Shown here: positions 32,083 through 42,134 of the stretch, piece after piece
Numbering within the stretch: position 1 is the first letter of the stretch
Layout of the letters: each line of letters begins with the position of its first letter
From: an uncultured delta proteobacterium
Lineage (GTDB): Bacteria; Desulfobacterota; Binatia; UBA9968
Reading direction: 5' to 3'
Assembly: GCA_963745835.1 (NCBI GenBank)
Contig: CAVUZH010000019.1
Location: 224,001-288,000 of the forward strand
DNA: 64,000 nt
Made by a program: the position numbers and the translations under genes
The notes under the pieces: model-generated
What the model saw: only the letters and a program-made list of their open reading frames with translations
Database searches by the model: none
What the model was told of the DNA's origin: nothing

Positions 32083-33084
32083 TCACTTATACAGATTATC
32101 GATAAACCCGCTCTCATCGAGTTCCTTGATGAAACGCATATCTACAAAATTCTCCGGCTTGGCATTTTTAGCCTTGGCGTCCTTCTGACCCAATGAATCC
32201 AACACCGTTCTTATCCCCTCCAAACTCGGGTATTGCTTGCGCGGCATCACACCATCACGAAAAGCAAGTTCGTAGGTCTTCTCTAGGACTTCTCTGTCAT
32301 CCAAGCCTTTGAAGTACTTGCTCAGTACAGTCATGCCAGTTTTTTTATCCGTCTTTATACGATGAACAGCTTCGACATACGATCGGATGAATTTCCGAAC
32401 GGCATCTGGATTATTCTGAATTAACCGGCGGGTAGTGGATGGGCCGGTATGTGGAAACGGGACATTCAAAGCGGAGATATCCATGAGAAGATGCAAGCCC
32501 TTCTTCTGAGCTAGAATACTTGCGGGTGGTTCCAGAGGAGTTGCTTGCATCCTGCCGGTCTCTATAGCCCCCATACGCGTAGGATTGTTGCCCGCCGGGA
32601 CGATAGTCACATCTTTTCCCGGAACCAAACCAAACTTTTGAAGCGCAAAGCGCGCTGCGAAATCAGTTGTCGACCCAAAGCCGCCGATTGCAATGGTTCC
32701 TCCTCTAAGCTGCTCCCGGGACTTTGTCTCGGGGCCGGACATCAGCCAATAATTGATGGATGTGGTACCGCCCGCAATCATGACCAGATCCGAGCCACCG
32801 AGATTACTCGCGATAACGCCGTTGCCTGCGCCGTGATAGATCTGAGCCTCACCGGAAAGTATAACAGAGATAGTGATGGGCCCGCCGCCACCTAACCAGA
32901 CAGCCTGCGCATCCAAACCATTCTTTCTGAATATACCTGTTTCATAGGCAACCCAGATCGGCAGTCCGGGAGCGCCGATAGACGTGTTACCAACCACGAA
33001 CTTTTGACCGAGGGCGTTAGAAGGGCCAATAGCTATCACGAAAAGGAAAATTGCCGCCGTCCTTGCAAAAGAAAGTCTTCTCAT
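32083..33084 (-). CDS. NMT1/SsuA-type substrate-binding protein
   Basis: Signal peptide; GIFRKNGLD; YPSLEGI. Confidence 0.9.
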   Translation of the reverse strand: MRRLSFARTAAIFLFVIAIGPSNALGQKFVVGNTSIGAPGLPIWVAYETGIFRKNGLDAQAVWLGGGGPITISVILSGEAQIYHGAGNGVIASNLGGSDLVMIAGGTTSINYWLMSGPETKSREQLRGGTIAIGGFGSTTDFAARFALQKFGLVPGKDVTIVPAGNNPTRMGAIETGRMQATPLEPPASILAQKKGLHLLMDISALNVPFPHTGPSTTRRLIQNNPDAVRKFIRSYVEAVHRIKTDKKTGMTVLSKYFKGLDDREVLEKTYELAFRDGVMPRKQYPSLEGIRTVLDSLGQKDAKAKNAKPENFVDMRFIKELDESGFIDNLYK

Positions 33085-33167
33085 TTGTGTTCCCGGATAG
33101 CTTCCTTCGTGGTCAGCGGAACCTCGCCTTCAATTCTTCGGTATCGTTGCTCTAAGATGACACTGTC

Positions 33168-34116
33168 GCGTGGGCTATCGGTTAATGGACGCCGTAAAGG
33201 CGAGCGCAGTTGTCCCAGAGAATTTTCCTTCGTGAATTGCTCGGCATCTCCATCGCCATAAAATGATTCATCGCATCCGGCCAATGGGAGTCGGCGTGCG
33301 GATAGTCCGTGGAGATCACCACGTTGTCGTCGCCGATCCGTCTGAGCACGTCGCCGAGCAAGTCCTCTTCAACATCCACCGAGATAAAGCATTGGCGCAT
33401 AAAATAATCACTCGGCTTCATGCTCATCGGTTCGTTGCAGTACCCCTTGCGCATCTCCCAACGTTCGTCCAAGCGATAGAGCGCCCACGGTAACCAGCCG
33501 CAATTGCCTTCGAGAAACGCTACCCGCAGCTTGGGGAATCGCTCCAAAACACCGCCGGCGCAAAAACTCCCAACCGCCAGCATCAGCTCCACGGGATTGC
33601 GAAAAGCGTTGATCAGCACCGCTTCATTGTTATGGCCTTTGAAACGATGCACCACCTGGTCGGTGTTGGGATTGGCGGCCGGATGAAAACACACCGGTAC
33701 ACCGAGCTTCTCCGCTTCGCGCCACACCGGATCGTAGTAGCGATCGTGTATGTGGCGCCCGTTGGCCGGCTCCGGCACCAGACATAAACCAATGGCGCCT
33801 AATTCCGTGATCGCGCGGCGCGTTTCGTCCACCGCCAGATCGACATCATGAAGCGTGATCAGCGCCGATGGTCGGAGCCGCTTGGGATCAACTTTGCAAA
33901 AATCCGCCATCCAGCTATTCCATGCGCGGCACAGATCGTTGGCATATTCCGGCTCTAGGCTGTCGTCGCAATGCAGAGGAAAAGTCCGAAACAACACCGC
34001 CACGTCTAAACCCTCCACGTCCATCGCTTCCAGCTGCGACACCGCATCGTAATCCCGCGCCAACGCTCTCTCGTAGCGGTGCGCTACTTCCGCTTCGCCG
34101 GGTGCAGCTTCATTGA
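33168..34116. repeat. ~940-bp direct repeat, copy 2
   Basis: Partner of 30872-31818; four synonymous substitutions seen by eye. Confidence 0.95.
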
Positions 34117-34333
34117 CGTTCTTCTTGGGCGAAGTCGCGCTCAGCGAGGCCGTCCCGGACGGCCGCAACGGCTTACCGTTAGCCAACGTAAACTTGATTT
34201 GACCATGCCGCTTGCGCGGCGCGCCTTGCGGAATCCGATCGCCCCACTTGGGATCCATATATCTCAGATACAGATCATGCGGTTCGTACACATGCATGTC
34301 GCTATCGAGAATTTTGTAACCGCTTCGTGCCAT
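33182..34333 (-). CDS. Amidohydrolase_2 (copy A, intact)
   Basis: LDSDMH, RAWNSW, AFLEGNCGW, STDYPH. Confidence 0.92.
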   Translation of the reverse strand: MARSGYKILDSDMHVYEPHDLYLRYMDPKWGDRIPQGAPRKRHGQIKFTLANGKPLRPSGTASLSATSPKKNVNEAAPGEAEVAHRYERALARDYDAVSQLEAMDVEGLDVAVLFRTFPLHCDDSLEPEYANDLCRAWNSWMADFCKVDPKRLRPSALITLHDVDLAVDETRRAITELGAIGLCLVPEPANGRHIHDRYYDPVWREAEKLGVPVCFHPAANPNTDQVVHRFKGHNNEAVLINAFRNPVELMLAVGSFCAGGVLERFPKLRVAFLEGNCGWLPWALYRLDERWEMRKGYCNEPMSMKPSDYFMRQCFISVDVEEDLLGDVLRRIGDDNVVISTDYPHADSHWPDAMNHFMAMEMPSNSRRKILWDNCARLYGVH

Positions 34334-34345
34334 GATCTTTCCTTT

Positions 34346-34499
34346 CTAGCAGGCTGCTGAAAAAACCCATATGCTTCGTTGCCGCTCAATCGCCTCGCTG
34401 CAACGTACTGTAAGTACGCCTCCGCTCGTCGATTTTTCGCGCGTCTCGCCTCTGGATCTTTTTGAGCAGCCTGCAAGAGGCTTTTTCAGCGTCTGCTAG
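34346..34499. mobile_element. MITE-like non-autonomous element flanked by CTAG
   Basis: CTAG-CAGGCTGCTGAAAAA ... TTTTTCAGCGTCTG-CTAG, with internal IR TTTTTGAGCAGCCTGC; second copy at 57837. Confidence 0.75.
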
Positions 34500-34907
34500 T
34501 GATTACGTCGGTATAAGAAATCGATGTAATCGCTATCCAGAATCCCGTCCACGCCGGCTTATCGTCCTTAAGAAATACCTCAATCTGTGTGTTGTCTCGA
34601 TTGATTACGTGAAAACAAATGTGACCTACCGAAGCTCGGCCAGCCACGGCATACTGCCATCTACCGCGGATAATCCTCGTCACGCAAGAGAAAAAATGTC
34701 CTCTTTCATCGGCTTGATCAGCACACGCTATTGCTTTGCCGGCATTCGGGTTGCAGCTCCGGTCTTCGAGTTGTTATTGCGCTGGAACGGACAAGCCAGG
34801 TCTTCGGATCACGCAGGGGTTCAGGCCCGAGTAGCCGCAACACCGTTAGATGGCAAATATTCTGAGCAGAGATAACAGGAGTCTTTTTTGACGTTGGCAT
34901 TCGCGTG

Positions 34908-35216
34908 TCATGCCAGCACCCTCCGATTGTCTTCGATCCTTTTTCTCACCGTCGCCGGCAGCCCTTTCTCAGCGGTACGCAAGTCATAGGTCATTTGCAG
35001 GTTCATCCAGAATTCCGCCGAGGTTTTGAAAAACGTTCCTAGCCGGATTGCGGTGTCCCCCGTGATGCCTCTTTGATCCTTCAGAATCGCCGTAATCCGA
35101 TTGGCCGGCACCCCGATCGCCTTCGCGAGCGCGTTGGCCGTCAGACCCAAGGGTTTCAAAAATTCCTCTTTGAGAATTTCACCCGGGGGAATCGGTCGCA
35201 TTCCATTCTTTTTCAT
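34908..35216 (-). CDS. higA: HigA family antitoxin (HTH_3/VapI)
   Basis: PIPPGEILKEEFL..ALAKAIGV..TAIRLG..FWMNLQ. Confidence 0.92.
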   Translation of the reverse strand: MKKNGMRPIPPGEILKEEFLKPLGLTANALAKAIGVPANRITAILKDQRGITGDTAIRLGTFFKTSAEFWMNLQMTYDLRTAEKGLPATVRKRIEDNRRVLA

Positions 35217-35226
35217 TGGTTACTCC

Positions 35227-35505
35227 TTAATGATAATCCACAATTTCAACCTCATGTGGCCCGTCATCTTTCCACGTAAAACAGATCCGCAACTGGTCAT
35301 TGATCCGGATACTGTATTGTCCGGCCCTGTCGCCCGATAACTTTTCCAATCTGTTTCCGGGACTCGCGGCAAGGTCGCCCAGCTTCACCGCGCTATCCAG
35401 CATAACCAGCTTGCGCTGCGCCACCTTCTTGAACCCTGAGAACTGCCTGACATTGTCTTCACCGAAGAAATCCTCCGTTTTGCGGTCGTTGAAGCTTCTG
35501 ATCAT
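35227..35505 (-). CDS. higB: HigB/RelE-family toxin
   Basis: MIRSF..PGNRLEKLSGDRAGQYSIRINDQLRICF..EIVDYH; toxin-first gene order. Confidence 0.92.
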   Translation of the reverse strand: MIRSFNDRKTEDFFGEDNVRQFSGFKKVAQRKLVMLDSAVKLGDLAASPGNRLEKLSGDRAGQYSIRINDQLRICFTWKDDGPHEVEIVDYH

Positions 35506-35525
35506 GTATTTGAACGCTACCACAG

Positions 35526-35542
35526 TTTACGACTTACGTAAA
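35526..35542. promoter_or_regulatory. Putative HigA operator palindrome
   Basis: TTTACG-ACTTA-CGTAAA ~20 bp upstream of the higB ATG. Confidence 0.55.
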
Positions 35543-35728
35543 ACATAGGCACCCTCGAAAAGGTTTCCCGGATGAACCGGATCCAAGCAGTCCGGTTTTA
35601 GCCGGCAATTTCCGTTTTCTTGACCACGCGCTTATTGCAGTCACCACGCCTGCTCGGGTATGTTCGAAAAAGTTTTCGGATTCATCGTATAGCTGAATTC
35701 CTCTTTAGAATCTTTGAAGGAGAATCAC

Positions 35729-37012
35729 ATGGCAGATTTATTTCGCTTATCGGCGAGCGAAGCGGCGGCGCGCATCGGCGAAGGCAAACTCACCTCCGAA
35801 GCTCTGGTGCGCTCCTGTCTCGAGCGAATCGATTCACGGGAGGCGCAAGTGAAAGCGTGGGTCCATCTGGACCGCGATTTTGCCCTTGCGCAGGCCCGGG
35901 AGTGCGACAAGAGCGGAAGCCGAGGTCCGCTTCACGGAATTCCTTTCGCCGCCAAGGACATCATGGATAGCGCCGATCTGCCCACGGAGTACGGGTCTCC
36001 TATTTATAAAGGCAATCGTCCGAAGGCGGACGCGGCTTGCGTGGCGCTGAGCCGCGCGGCCGGCGGAGTGCTGCTGGGCAAGACGGTGACGACCGAGTTC
36101 GCCAGTCGATCTCCACTGGGAAACACGACCAATCCGCACAACCCGGAGCATACGCCCGGCGGTTCCTCGAGCGGCTCGGCGGCCGCAGTCGGCGATTTCA
36201 TGGTGCCGCTGGGGTTCGGCACTCAGACTGTCGGATCGGTGATCCGTCCGGCGGCGTTCTGCGGCTGCATCGGATACAAGCCGAGCTTCGGCGAATTCAG
36301 CACGCAGGGCGTGAAGCAGAATACCGCGTCGTTCGACACCGTTGGATTGTTCGCTCGCGCTGTCGAGGATCTCGCGCTGTTCCGAGCCGCGCTGACAGGA
36401 TTCGCTGCGAAACCTCTGCACGCCATTCCGGTGAATAATCTCAAGATTGGTTTTTGCCGATTGTTCTGGGACCGCGCGGAGGAATACACGAAGAAATTTC
36501 TTGAAGAGGCCGCAAGCGCGCTGGCGAGGGCCGGAGCGAAGGTCTCCGACGTCGATCTCGGCAAGCCGTTCGAACAGTTCGAGACCATGGGCCGGCGCAT
36601 AAATGATTTCGAGTTCTCGCGTGGCCTTACCTGGGAACGGCAGCATCATTGGGACCTCTTGAGCCAGTTCCAGCGCGACAAGTTCGCCGGCTGGCTCAAT
36701 ATTTCGTACGAGCAATACCGCGAAGCCGAGGACGTGCTGGGGAAGTGCCGCAATCATCTCGCCGATGCTATGAAAGATTTAGACCTGCTGCTCACACCGA
36801 GCGCGCCCGGCGAGGCTCCGGCGGGACTAGCCAGCACGGGCGACACGTCTTTCAATATTCTATCGACGTGGACCTATACTCCCTGCCTCACGCTGCCAGT
36901 GTTTACGGGACCATCCGGCTTGCCAGTGGGCATTCAGCTCATCGGCCACCGCAACCAGGACCACCGTCTGTTGGAAGGAGCACAGGCCGTGTACCGGGTA
37001 TTTGCGAAATGA
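35729..37012 (+). CDS. Amidase signature family protein
   Basis: AKD, TPGGSSSGSAAAV, GTQTVGSVIRPA; AAGGAG RBS. Confidence 0.92.
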   Translation: MADLFRLSASEAAARIGEGKLTSEALVRSCLERIDSREAQVKAWVHLDRDFALAQARECDKSGSRGPLHGIPFAAKDIMDSADLPTEYGSPIYKGNRPKADAACVALSRAAGGVLLGKTVTTEFASRSPLGNTTNPHNPEHTPGGSSSGSAAAVGDFMVPLGFGTQTVGSVIRPAAFCGCIGYKPSFGEFSTQGVKQNTASFDTVGLFARAVEDLALFRAALTGFAAKPLHAIPVNNLKIGFCRLFWDRAEEYTKKFLEEAASALARAGAKVSDVDLGKPFEQFETMGRRINDFEFSRGLTWERQHHWDLLSQFQRDKFAGWLNISYEQYREAEDVLGKCRNHLADAMKDLDLLLTPSAPGEAPAGLASTGDTSFNILSTWTYTPCLTLPVFTGPSGLPVGIQLIGHRNQDHRLLEGAQAVYRVFAK

Positions 37013-37151
37013 AAATGATTGCCACGTCGTCATTCCTGCCCTCACCTTAGCGTCTCTTTGAGGGTGAGGGGAGCTTCGCGATGACGGGCATGCCGCCATC
37101 GCGTGCTCCCTGAATAGATGGCTTCATTCCAATCGGTTTCTCGGAGGCTCC

Positions 37152-38501
37152 ATGCAGAACGTAAATCCCGACATCATCGTCATCGGCGCCGGCGGATGCG
37201 GGCTCATGGCGGCGCTAGTGGCAGCCAAGAAGGGCGCGCGGGTGCTGTTGCTCGAGAAAACGGATAAGCCCGGCGGCGGGACAGCGTTTTCGTCCAAGGG
37301 CATTCGTGCCGCCGGAAGCCGCCGGCAACGTGAGTTGAACATCGAAGATAGCGCGGCCCTCTATGCCGAAGATATTTTGCGGCGCAACAACGGCGAGAGC
37401 GATGCTGTCCTCACCCGTCGACTGACGGAGAATTCCGGGCGAGTCGCCGACTTTCTCACGGACCAAGTCGGCATCGAGTTTGAAATCGGCGAGTTTGCCT
37501 TCGGCCACAGCGGCAAGCGCTCACACTCGTGGAAGGAGGACAAGACCATCACCGATTTTCTGTTCGCGGCAGTGGAGCGGGAAAAGAATATCGAGGTACG
37601 CTTCTCCACGCCGGTGGTCGCGCTCGAACAGGACGCCGGCGGCGCCGTTATCGGAGTAAAAACAGAAGACGGAATTCTCACCGCGCGAAAAATTATTCTG
37701 GCATCGGGCGGATTCGGCGCCAGCGCGGAGTTATTGTCCCAATACATTCCCAAAGCCGTCGGCATCCCATTCCCCGGCCATCACGGCAGCACCGGCGACG
37801 GCATCAAAATGGGCTTGGAGATTGGCGCGGCGCTGGAGAACATGGCCGCGTTCCAGCCCTATCCGGCCTACCTCGGTCCGGGAAAGCGCGCGGTGCCGCC
37901 GGAAGTCGCGCTCTCCGGCGGCATCATGGTCGATGCCTTGGGAAAGCGTTTTGTCGATGAGAGGCGATACCCCGGCGGCCTCGGGATTAGAATGCTCGAT
38001 CTGCCCGGCAAACAAGCCTACGAAGTTTTCGATGAGCGGATTTTTCAGTTGCATCGGGAGGCGCCGGGCGTGAGAAGCTTGGGACGTCTTTTCGACGCGG
38101 GGCTTTTGCTGAAGGCCGAAACGCCGGAGGAGCTCGCCGGCAAACTCGGAATTGACGCCGAGGGGCTGAAGCAAACCATCGACGAGTGCAACGCATTCTC
38201 GGCGGATGGTGAGCAAGATGCGTTCGGGCGAGTTCTGCCCCAGCGTTTCGAGGCGCCCTACTATGGAATCAAAGTAACCGTGGCGCTCTACCATACTCAG
38301 GGCGGCTTGAAGGTGAACACCGATGCCCAGGTTCTGCGCGCCGACGGATCGATCATTCCCAACCTTTACGCCGGCGGCGGTGTCGCCGTCGGTGTCTCGG
38401 GCAAAGGGCTGGAAGGTTATCTGCCGGGAAACGGATTGTTGGCTTCGCTCGGTCTCGGCATGATCGCAGCGGAGCAGGCGGTAGCTTCGTTGAGAAAATG
38501 A
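37152..38501 (+). CDS. FAD-dependent oxidoreductase (FAD_binding_2; flavocytochrome c/fumarate reductase-like)
   Basis: GAGGCG, LASGGF, STGDG, HTQGGL, PNLYAGG. Confidence 0.88.
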   Translation: MQNVNPDIIVIGAGGCGLMAALVAAKKGARVLLLEKTDKPGGGTAFSSKGIRAAGSRRQRELNIEDSAALYAEDILRRNNGESDAVLTRRLTENSGRVADFLTDQVGIEFEIGEFAFGHSGKRSHSWKEDKTITDFLFAAVEREKNIEVRFSTPVVALEQDAGGAVIGVKTEDGILTARKIILASGGFGASAELLSQYIPKAVGIPFPGHHGSTGDGIKMGLEIGAALENMAAFQPYPAYLGPGKRAVPPEVALSGGIMVDALGKRFVDERRYPGGLGIRMLDLPGKQAYEVFDERIFQLHREAPGVRSLGRLFDAGLLLKAETPEELAGKLGIDAEGLKQTIDECNAFSADGEQDAFGRVLPQRFEAPYYGIKVTVALYHTQGGLKVNTDAQVLRADGSIIPNLYAGGGVAVGVSGKGLEGYLPGNGLLASLGLGMIAAEQAVASLRK

Positions 38502-38504
38502 ACG

Positions 38505-38610
38505 TGTTCCAGCTGTTGCTTCGTTCCAGAACTTCAGCGTATCTTCGTACCGGCATGCGATGGATTATCGGGTTCGAAACGATTGGAACTTTTGAAACGT
38601 CTGGAACTAG
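38505..38610. repeat. 9-mer repeats in inverted arrangement
   Basis: gttccagct..gttccagaa versus gattggaac ttttgaaac gtctggaac. Confidence 0.55.
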
Positions 38611-38635
38611 TTGGATTGCATGGAGGTAATTAAGT

Positions 38636-38980
38636 ATGGCTTTGGTACGGTGCGTTACAGAAATGGGCATGGGAGTGGATGTTCATGGATTGGATTACAC
38701 GAGTGCCGCCAAGCGAGCGGTGTTCGATGCCATCCATCACAGCAGCCTGGGATTTCCCAAGCTAGTGGGAAAGACCGCCGATGATATGCGGGTCGATGTC
38801 ACTATCGGCGTGCCGAAGCCCGAGGCGGTAGATAAGCAGGCCGTCCTGGAATCGTTGCCCCACGGCGGCGGCCACATCAACGTGGTTCAAGGCGGATTGC
38901 AGGTGCTCAATGAAACGGGCAAGGACGGATGGCTGATCGCGAACGCGATTATCGTCGTCAGCATCGACGACGGGAAATAG
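38636..38980 (+). CDS. Lin0512 family protein
   Basis: EMGMGVDVHGLDYTSAAKRAVFDAIHHSSL. Confidence 0.9.
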   Translation: MALVRCVTEMGMGVDVHGLDYTSAAKRAVFDAIHHSSLGFPKLVGKTADDMRVDVTIGVPKPEAVDKQAVLESLPHGGGHINVVQGGLQVLNETGKDGWLIANAIIVVSIDDGK

Positions 38981-39002
38981 CCAGCAGGAGCGTTGCTCCT
39001 TT

Positions 39003-39051
39003 GTTCAAAACGTTCAAGCTGTTCAATCGCTACGCTCCGTTCAAATCGTTC
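39003..39051 (+). repeat. ~48-bp REP-like element
   Basis: gttcaaaac gttcaagct gttcaatc gctacgctcc gttcaaatc gttc. Confidence 0.65.
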
Positions 39052-39059
39052 GCCCGTGC

Positions 39060-39236
39060 ATCAGGAATTGAAAGGTGCAAAGAGAACTTTTCACCGGCTG
39101 GTGCAGGATCTCAAACCAGGATCCACTGTATGGGAACTAGCCGAGCTTACGAAACGCATCGCCGAGCGAGTAGCTCCACAATCCGGACCGGCTGCCGGCG
39201 TTACGGCCCAGCTTACCATTCACGGTCGCGGCGAGT
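39060..39236 (+). pseudogene. Possible M24 peptidase fragment truncated at the island boundary
   Basis: LKPGSTVWELAE..AQLTIHGRG resembles the M24 'HGxG' region; no start or end. Confidence 0.4.
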
Positions 39237-41021
39237 TCAGTCGAGTTGGTCCAGAATTTCCTCGTCTGCAAGGCTAAGTTGGACGGTCTGTTCGTTTAAA
39301 TCGAACTCAGCCAGAAGAACGTCATTTTCATCTACACCGTACCTTCTCATGAACTGTCCATATCCGTACGAAGTGCCCCGATCATTTATGGCGATGTTCC
39401 GCAATTTTACCATATTCCTTCTTTTGATTTACACGCAAACTGTTGCCCGTCCAAGAAAGCCCCGGACGGGGCCAGGACATCGATAATCATTGAACTTGCG
39501 AGCTTAGGCACCCGAACCGCTAACCAAAAATGCCATCCATTCCCCATCCAAATTGTAAGACGCCGTTGCTTGGGCCTAAGGTGGTTGGCAATCCGCATCG
39601 CCTCAACAGCCGCTGGGTCTACTTTGACGCCTCGGAGCCTCCAAATATTGACATCAACATGTTCCAGAATGGGAATTAACTTGTGTACACGTTGAATGTG
39701 TCCTCGTTCATGCCCCGCTGCAGGCACGCAGCCGCAAGGCTATCTCGGTCTAGTATTCCCGAAGGAGATGATCGGAGGGCTTCAACGAATACATAATCGG
39801 CGTCAGAGAGTTCTTTTTTCAGATCAAATGGTACAGAAGCGTGGATCAATTCGTTCTCGACACGAAAACCTGGACATCTCCTATAAAACTCCAGAAGAAT
39901 CCGGGCGGGTGGCACCATCAGATCTTTCCATATCGGTTCCAGAAAAGCTCCGCCATTTATAAGCTCGTCGTAAACCATCCCTCAGCGTCAGAACATCCTG
40001 AGGAGAAGCGACTGACAATAGTTTCCGCGTAAGATTGTGCAATCGGTTGCGAGTGTATTTTACATCCGGAGCCCAAAACCAATCGTCATCCAAAAACTCA
40101 AATTCCCTCCGCGGATATTCTCACGAACCTGGGCCTCTGTAGTTCTAGAGCGGTGCTCCTGCGCTGCTTCTTGCACCTGAAAAACACTCGCCACTCCGGA
40201 TTTAGTTGCCATTCGTCTCGCTAGCATCGGAATCAATCGTAACATTCGTGCTTCAGAGCGGCGCGTTAGCATTTTATTGCCTGAACGCGTTTCAGTTATA
40301 CTCAAAACACTTTCCCTACCCAGGAGGGCAGCTGCTTCTAGGATTCCAGCCGGATGAAAGTCTCCTCGAGAGATCCCCAAATCTCGTAGTAAACGACTCG
40401 CCTCGAGAAGGTTGAGCGGCGCACGTTGTTCTAAAGTGGCAAGCGCTTCATCAAGCTGCGGCATGAATACGGGGTGCTTAGGTATCCTAGCTATCACTGA
40501 GGCTTGGATTTGGCGTAATTTTCTCTTGTAATGCCAAGCCGCTGCCCACACATTTCTAGTGTTTCAGGTTCTTCACCATTCCAGCCAAATCGAGCAGCTA
40601 GGACGTTTAGACGTTCTCCTCGGTATCGCGAAAGGAAGCTTCAATAGTCCTTGTAAAAGCATCCTCAAGCGAACAACGCTTCGCCTGATCCAATATATTC
40701 CTCAATTTTTTCAATCGAGTCGGCTAAAGCACGCAAGGGGCAAACACTACCCAGGATAAGGCTGCAAAAAAGTAGGCTTTCTATTCGCTCTAGAAGTGTA
40801 CCGTGGCCGCCGTGGGGCAAGAACCGCTTAAAAACGTCGAATATGCTCACTTACCTGTTCTGGCCAATCAGTCGCAGCCACTCGCTCTAATGTATGAATA
40901 TCTTCGAGTCGATTTTCTACCAAAGGAAGGATTACCGCCTGATCACCGACGTAATCGCGATGCTCCATTTCGCCTATCCTACCGCCACGTAACTAGAAAC
41001 GAACTGATCGTAATAATCCAT
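39237..41021 (-). CDS. Large (~590 aa reconstructed) protein with a sigma70 region-4-like HTH; multiple frameshifts
   Basis: LAARFGWNGEEPETLEMCGQRLGITRE/LRQIQ at ~40500-40600; C-terminus ..RRYGVDENDVLLAEFDL..DQLD* (stop 39237); start uncertain. Confidence 0.65.
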
Positions 41022-41522
41022 GGCGCCTTCTAGAGTCGCCAAGAAATCAAGGATCGATTTCGCACCCATGCCCTTCATTTCAAAGAGATCATGAAACGTA
41101 AGCTTTACCAGGCTGGCAACGGCCTCTTCGGTCAGGTAACCCTTCTTTCGTTAACGCATTACGTGTCCAACACATCCATGAAATGTCGGCCATTTAAGCC
41201 CGAGTGGCCAGCTCCTATCGAAACACTTCAAAGCTTAACAGTGGCAAACCGGAGAATCAAGAAATTGAAATATAAGGAAATGCTCCAACCGCGGAAGTAA
41301 TTGATTCATGGTGCCCAAAACATTTGGGCCAAGCATCTCCATTGTTGATCCGAGTGGCAGCCCCGTGGCCGTACAGACCCAGTCTGGAAGAAGATGATCG
41401 CGCCACACCTGGCGAAGAACCTCGGTAAAAGTGGAGCCGGGGTATGTCCCCAGCGGATTGCAACTATGTCAAGGATTTTGGAAGTTGAAAAACTCATTGG
41501 CTTGAGGTACATTATAACAAGA

Positions 41523-42134
41523 ATGATAAATGGAAGTCAAAAGCCCTTGACAAAGTCTCCGCGTCAGCTGGACATAGTCAATTATCGCCGTGCATCTGCT
41601 CGGCGGCGGCCGGAAATCGGTGGATACCGAAGATGTTGCCGTTAAGTGCCACGAATTGGCACCCGGACTGTTCTCATGGCGAAAGTACCGCGAACAAATC
41701 AACCTCGAGCTCGTAAGAGTGGCGCTTTCAGACGCTAAACGCTCATACGGTCAGTTACTCTCGGGTTCCGGTAGGGAAGGTTGGCGGCTAAGCACGCGGT
41801 ATTGATTGGATGGCATCTAAGGGCGACGGCTTCTTAGTGAAGGATTCGCTCGAATCGATCGTGAGCGACTCAGTGCCGGCTCTGTAGACGCAGTACGCAA
41901 GAGGCGAGAAAGATCAAGAATTTTCTCGTCTGCAGCATGGAAAACCTGGAGTGAACATAAGACGATCTCTTTGCGTGACGCACGTAACTTGTTCCGAATT
42001 GATGAATATGCCACCAACAAAATTCAGGATAACAAAGTTGTTCGTCTGCGTTCGCAATTCGAGGACGACAACGGCTTAGTCCTTTTATACGTGAAGCCGC
42101 GGAACTGATCTTGGGCAGCAAGGAGGAGACATGA
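41523..42134 (+). CDS. Uncharacterised ~200-aa protein, putative winged-helix N-terminus; frameshifted
   Basis: HLLGGGRKSVDTEDVAVKCHELAPGLFSWRKY..SGSGREGWRL; C-terminus ..EAAELILGSKEET*; stop overlaps the next ATG (ATGA). Confidence 0.65.

Noticed and set aside
34655-34855. Integron attC-like inverted repeat (TGCCATCTA..GTTAGATGGCA) beside higBA
   Set aside because: The left core lacks the AAC, the span is ~200 bp, no L boxes are evident, and there is no integrase or cassette array.
39237-41021. Cognate sigma factor for the STAS/PP2C cluster
   Set aside because: Only a region-4-like HTH is visible; there is no region 2, and it lies in a compositionally distinct island.
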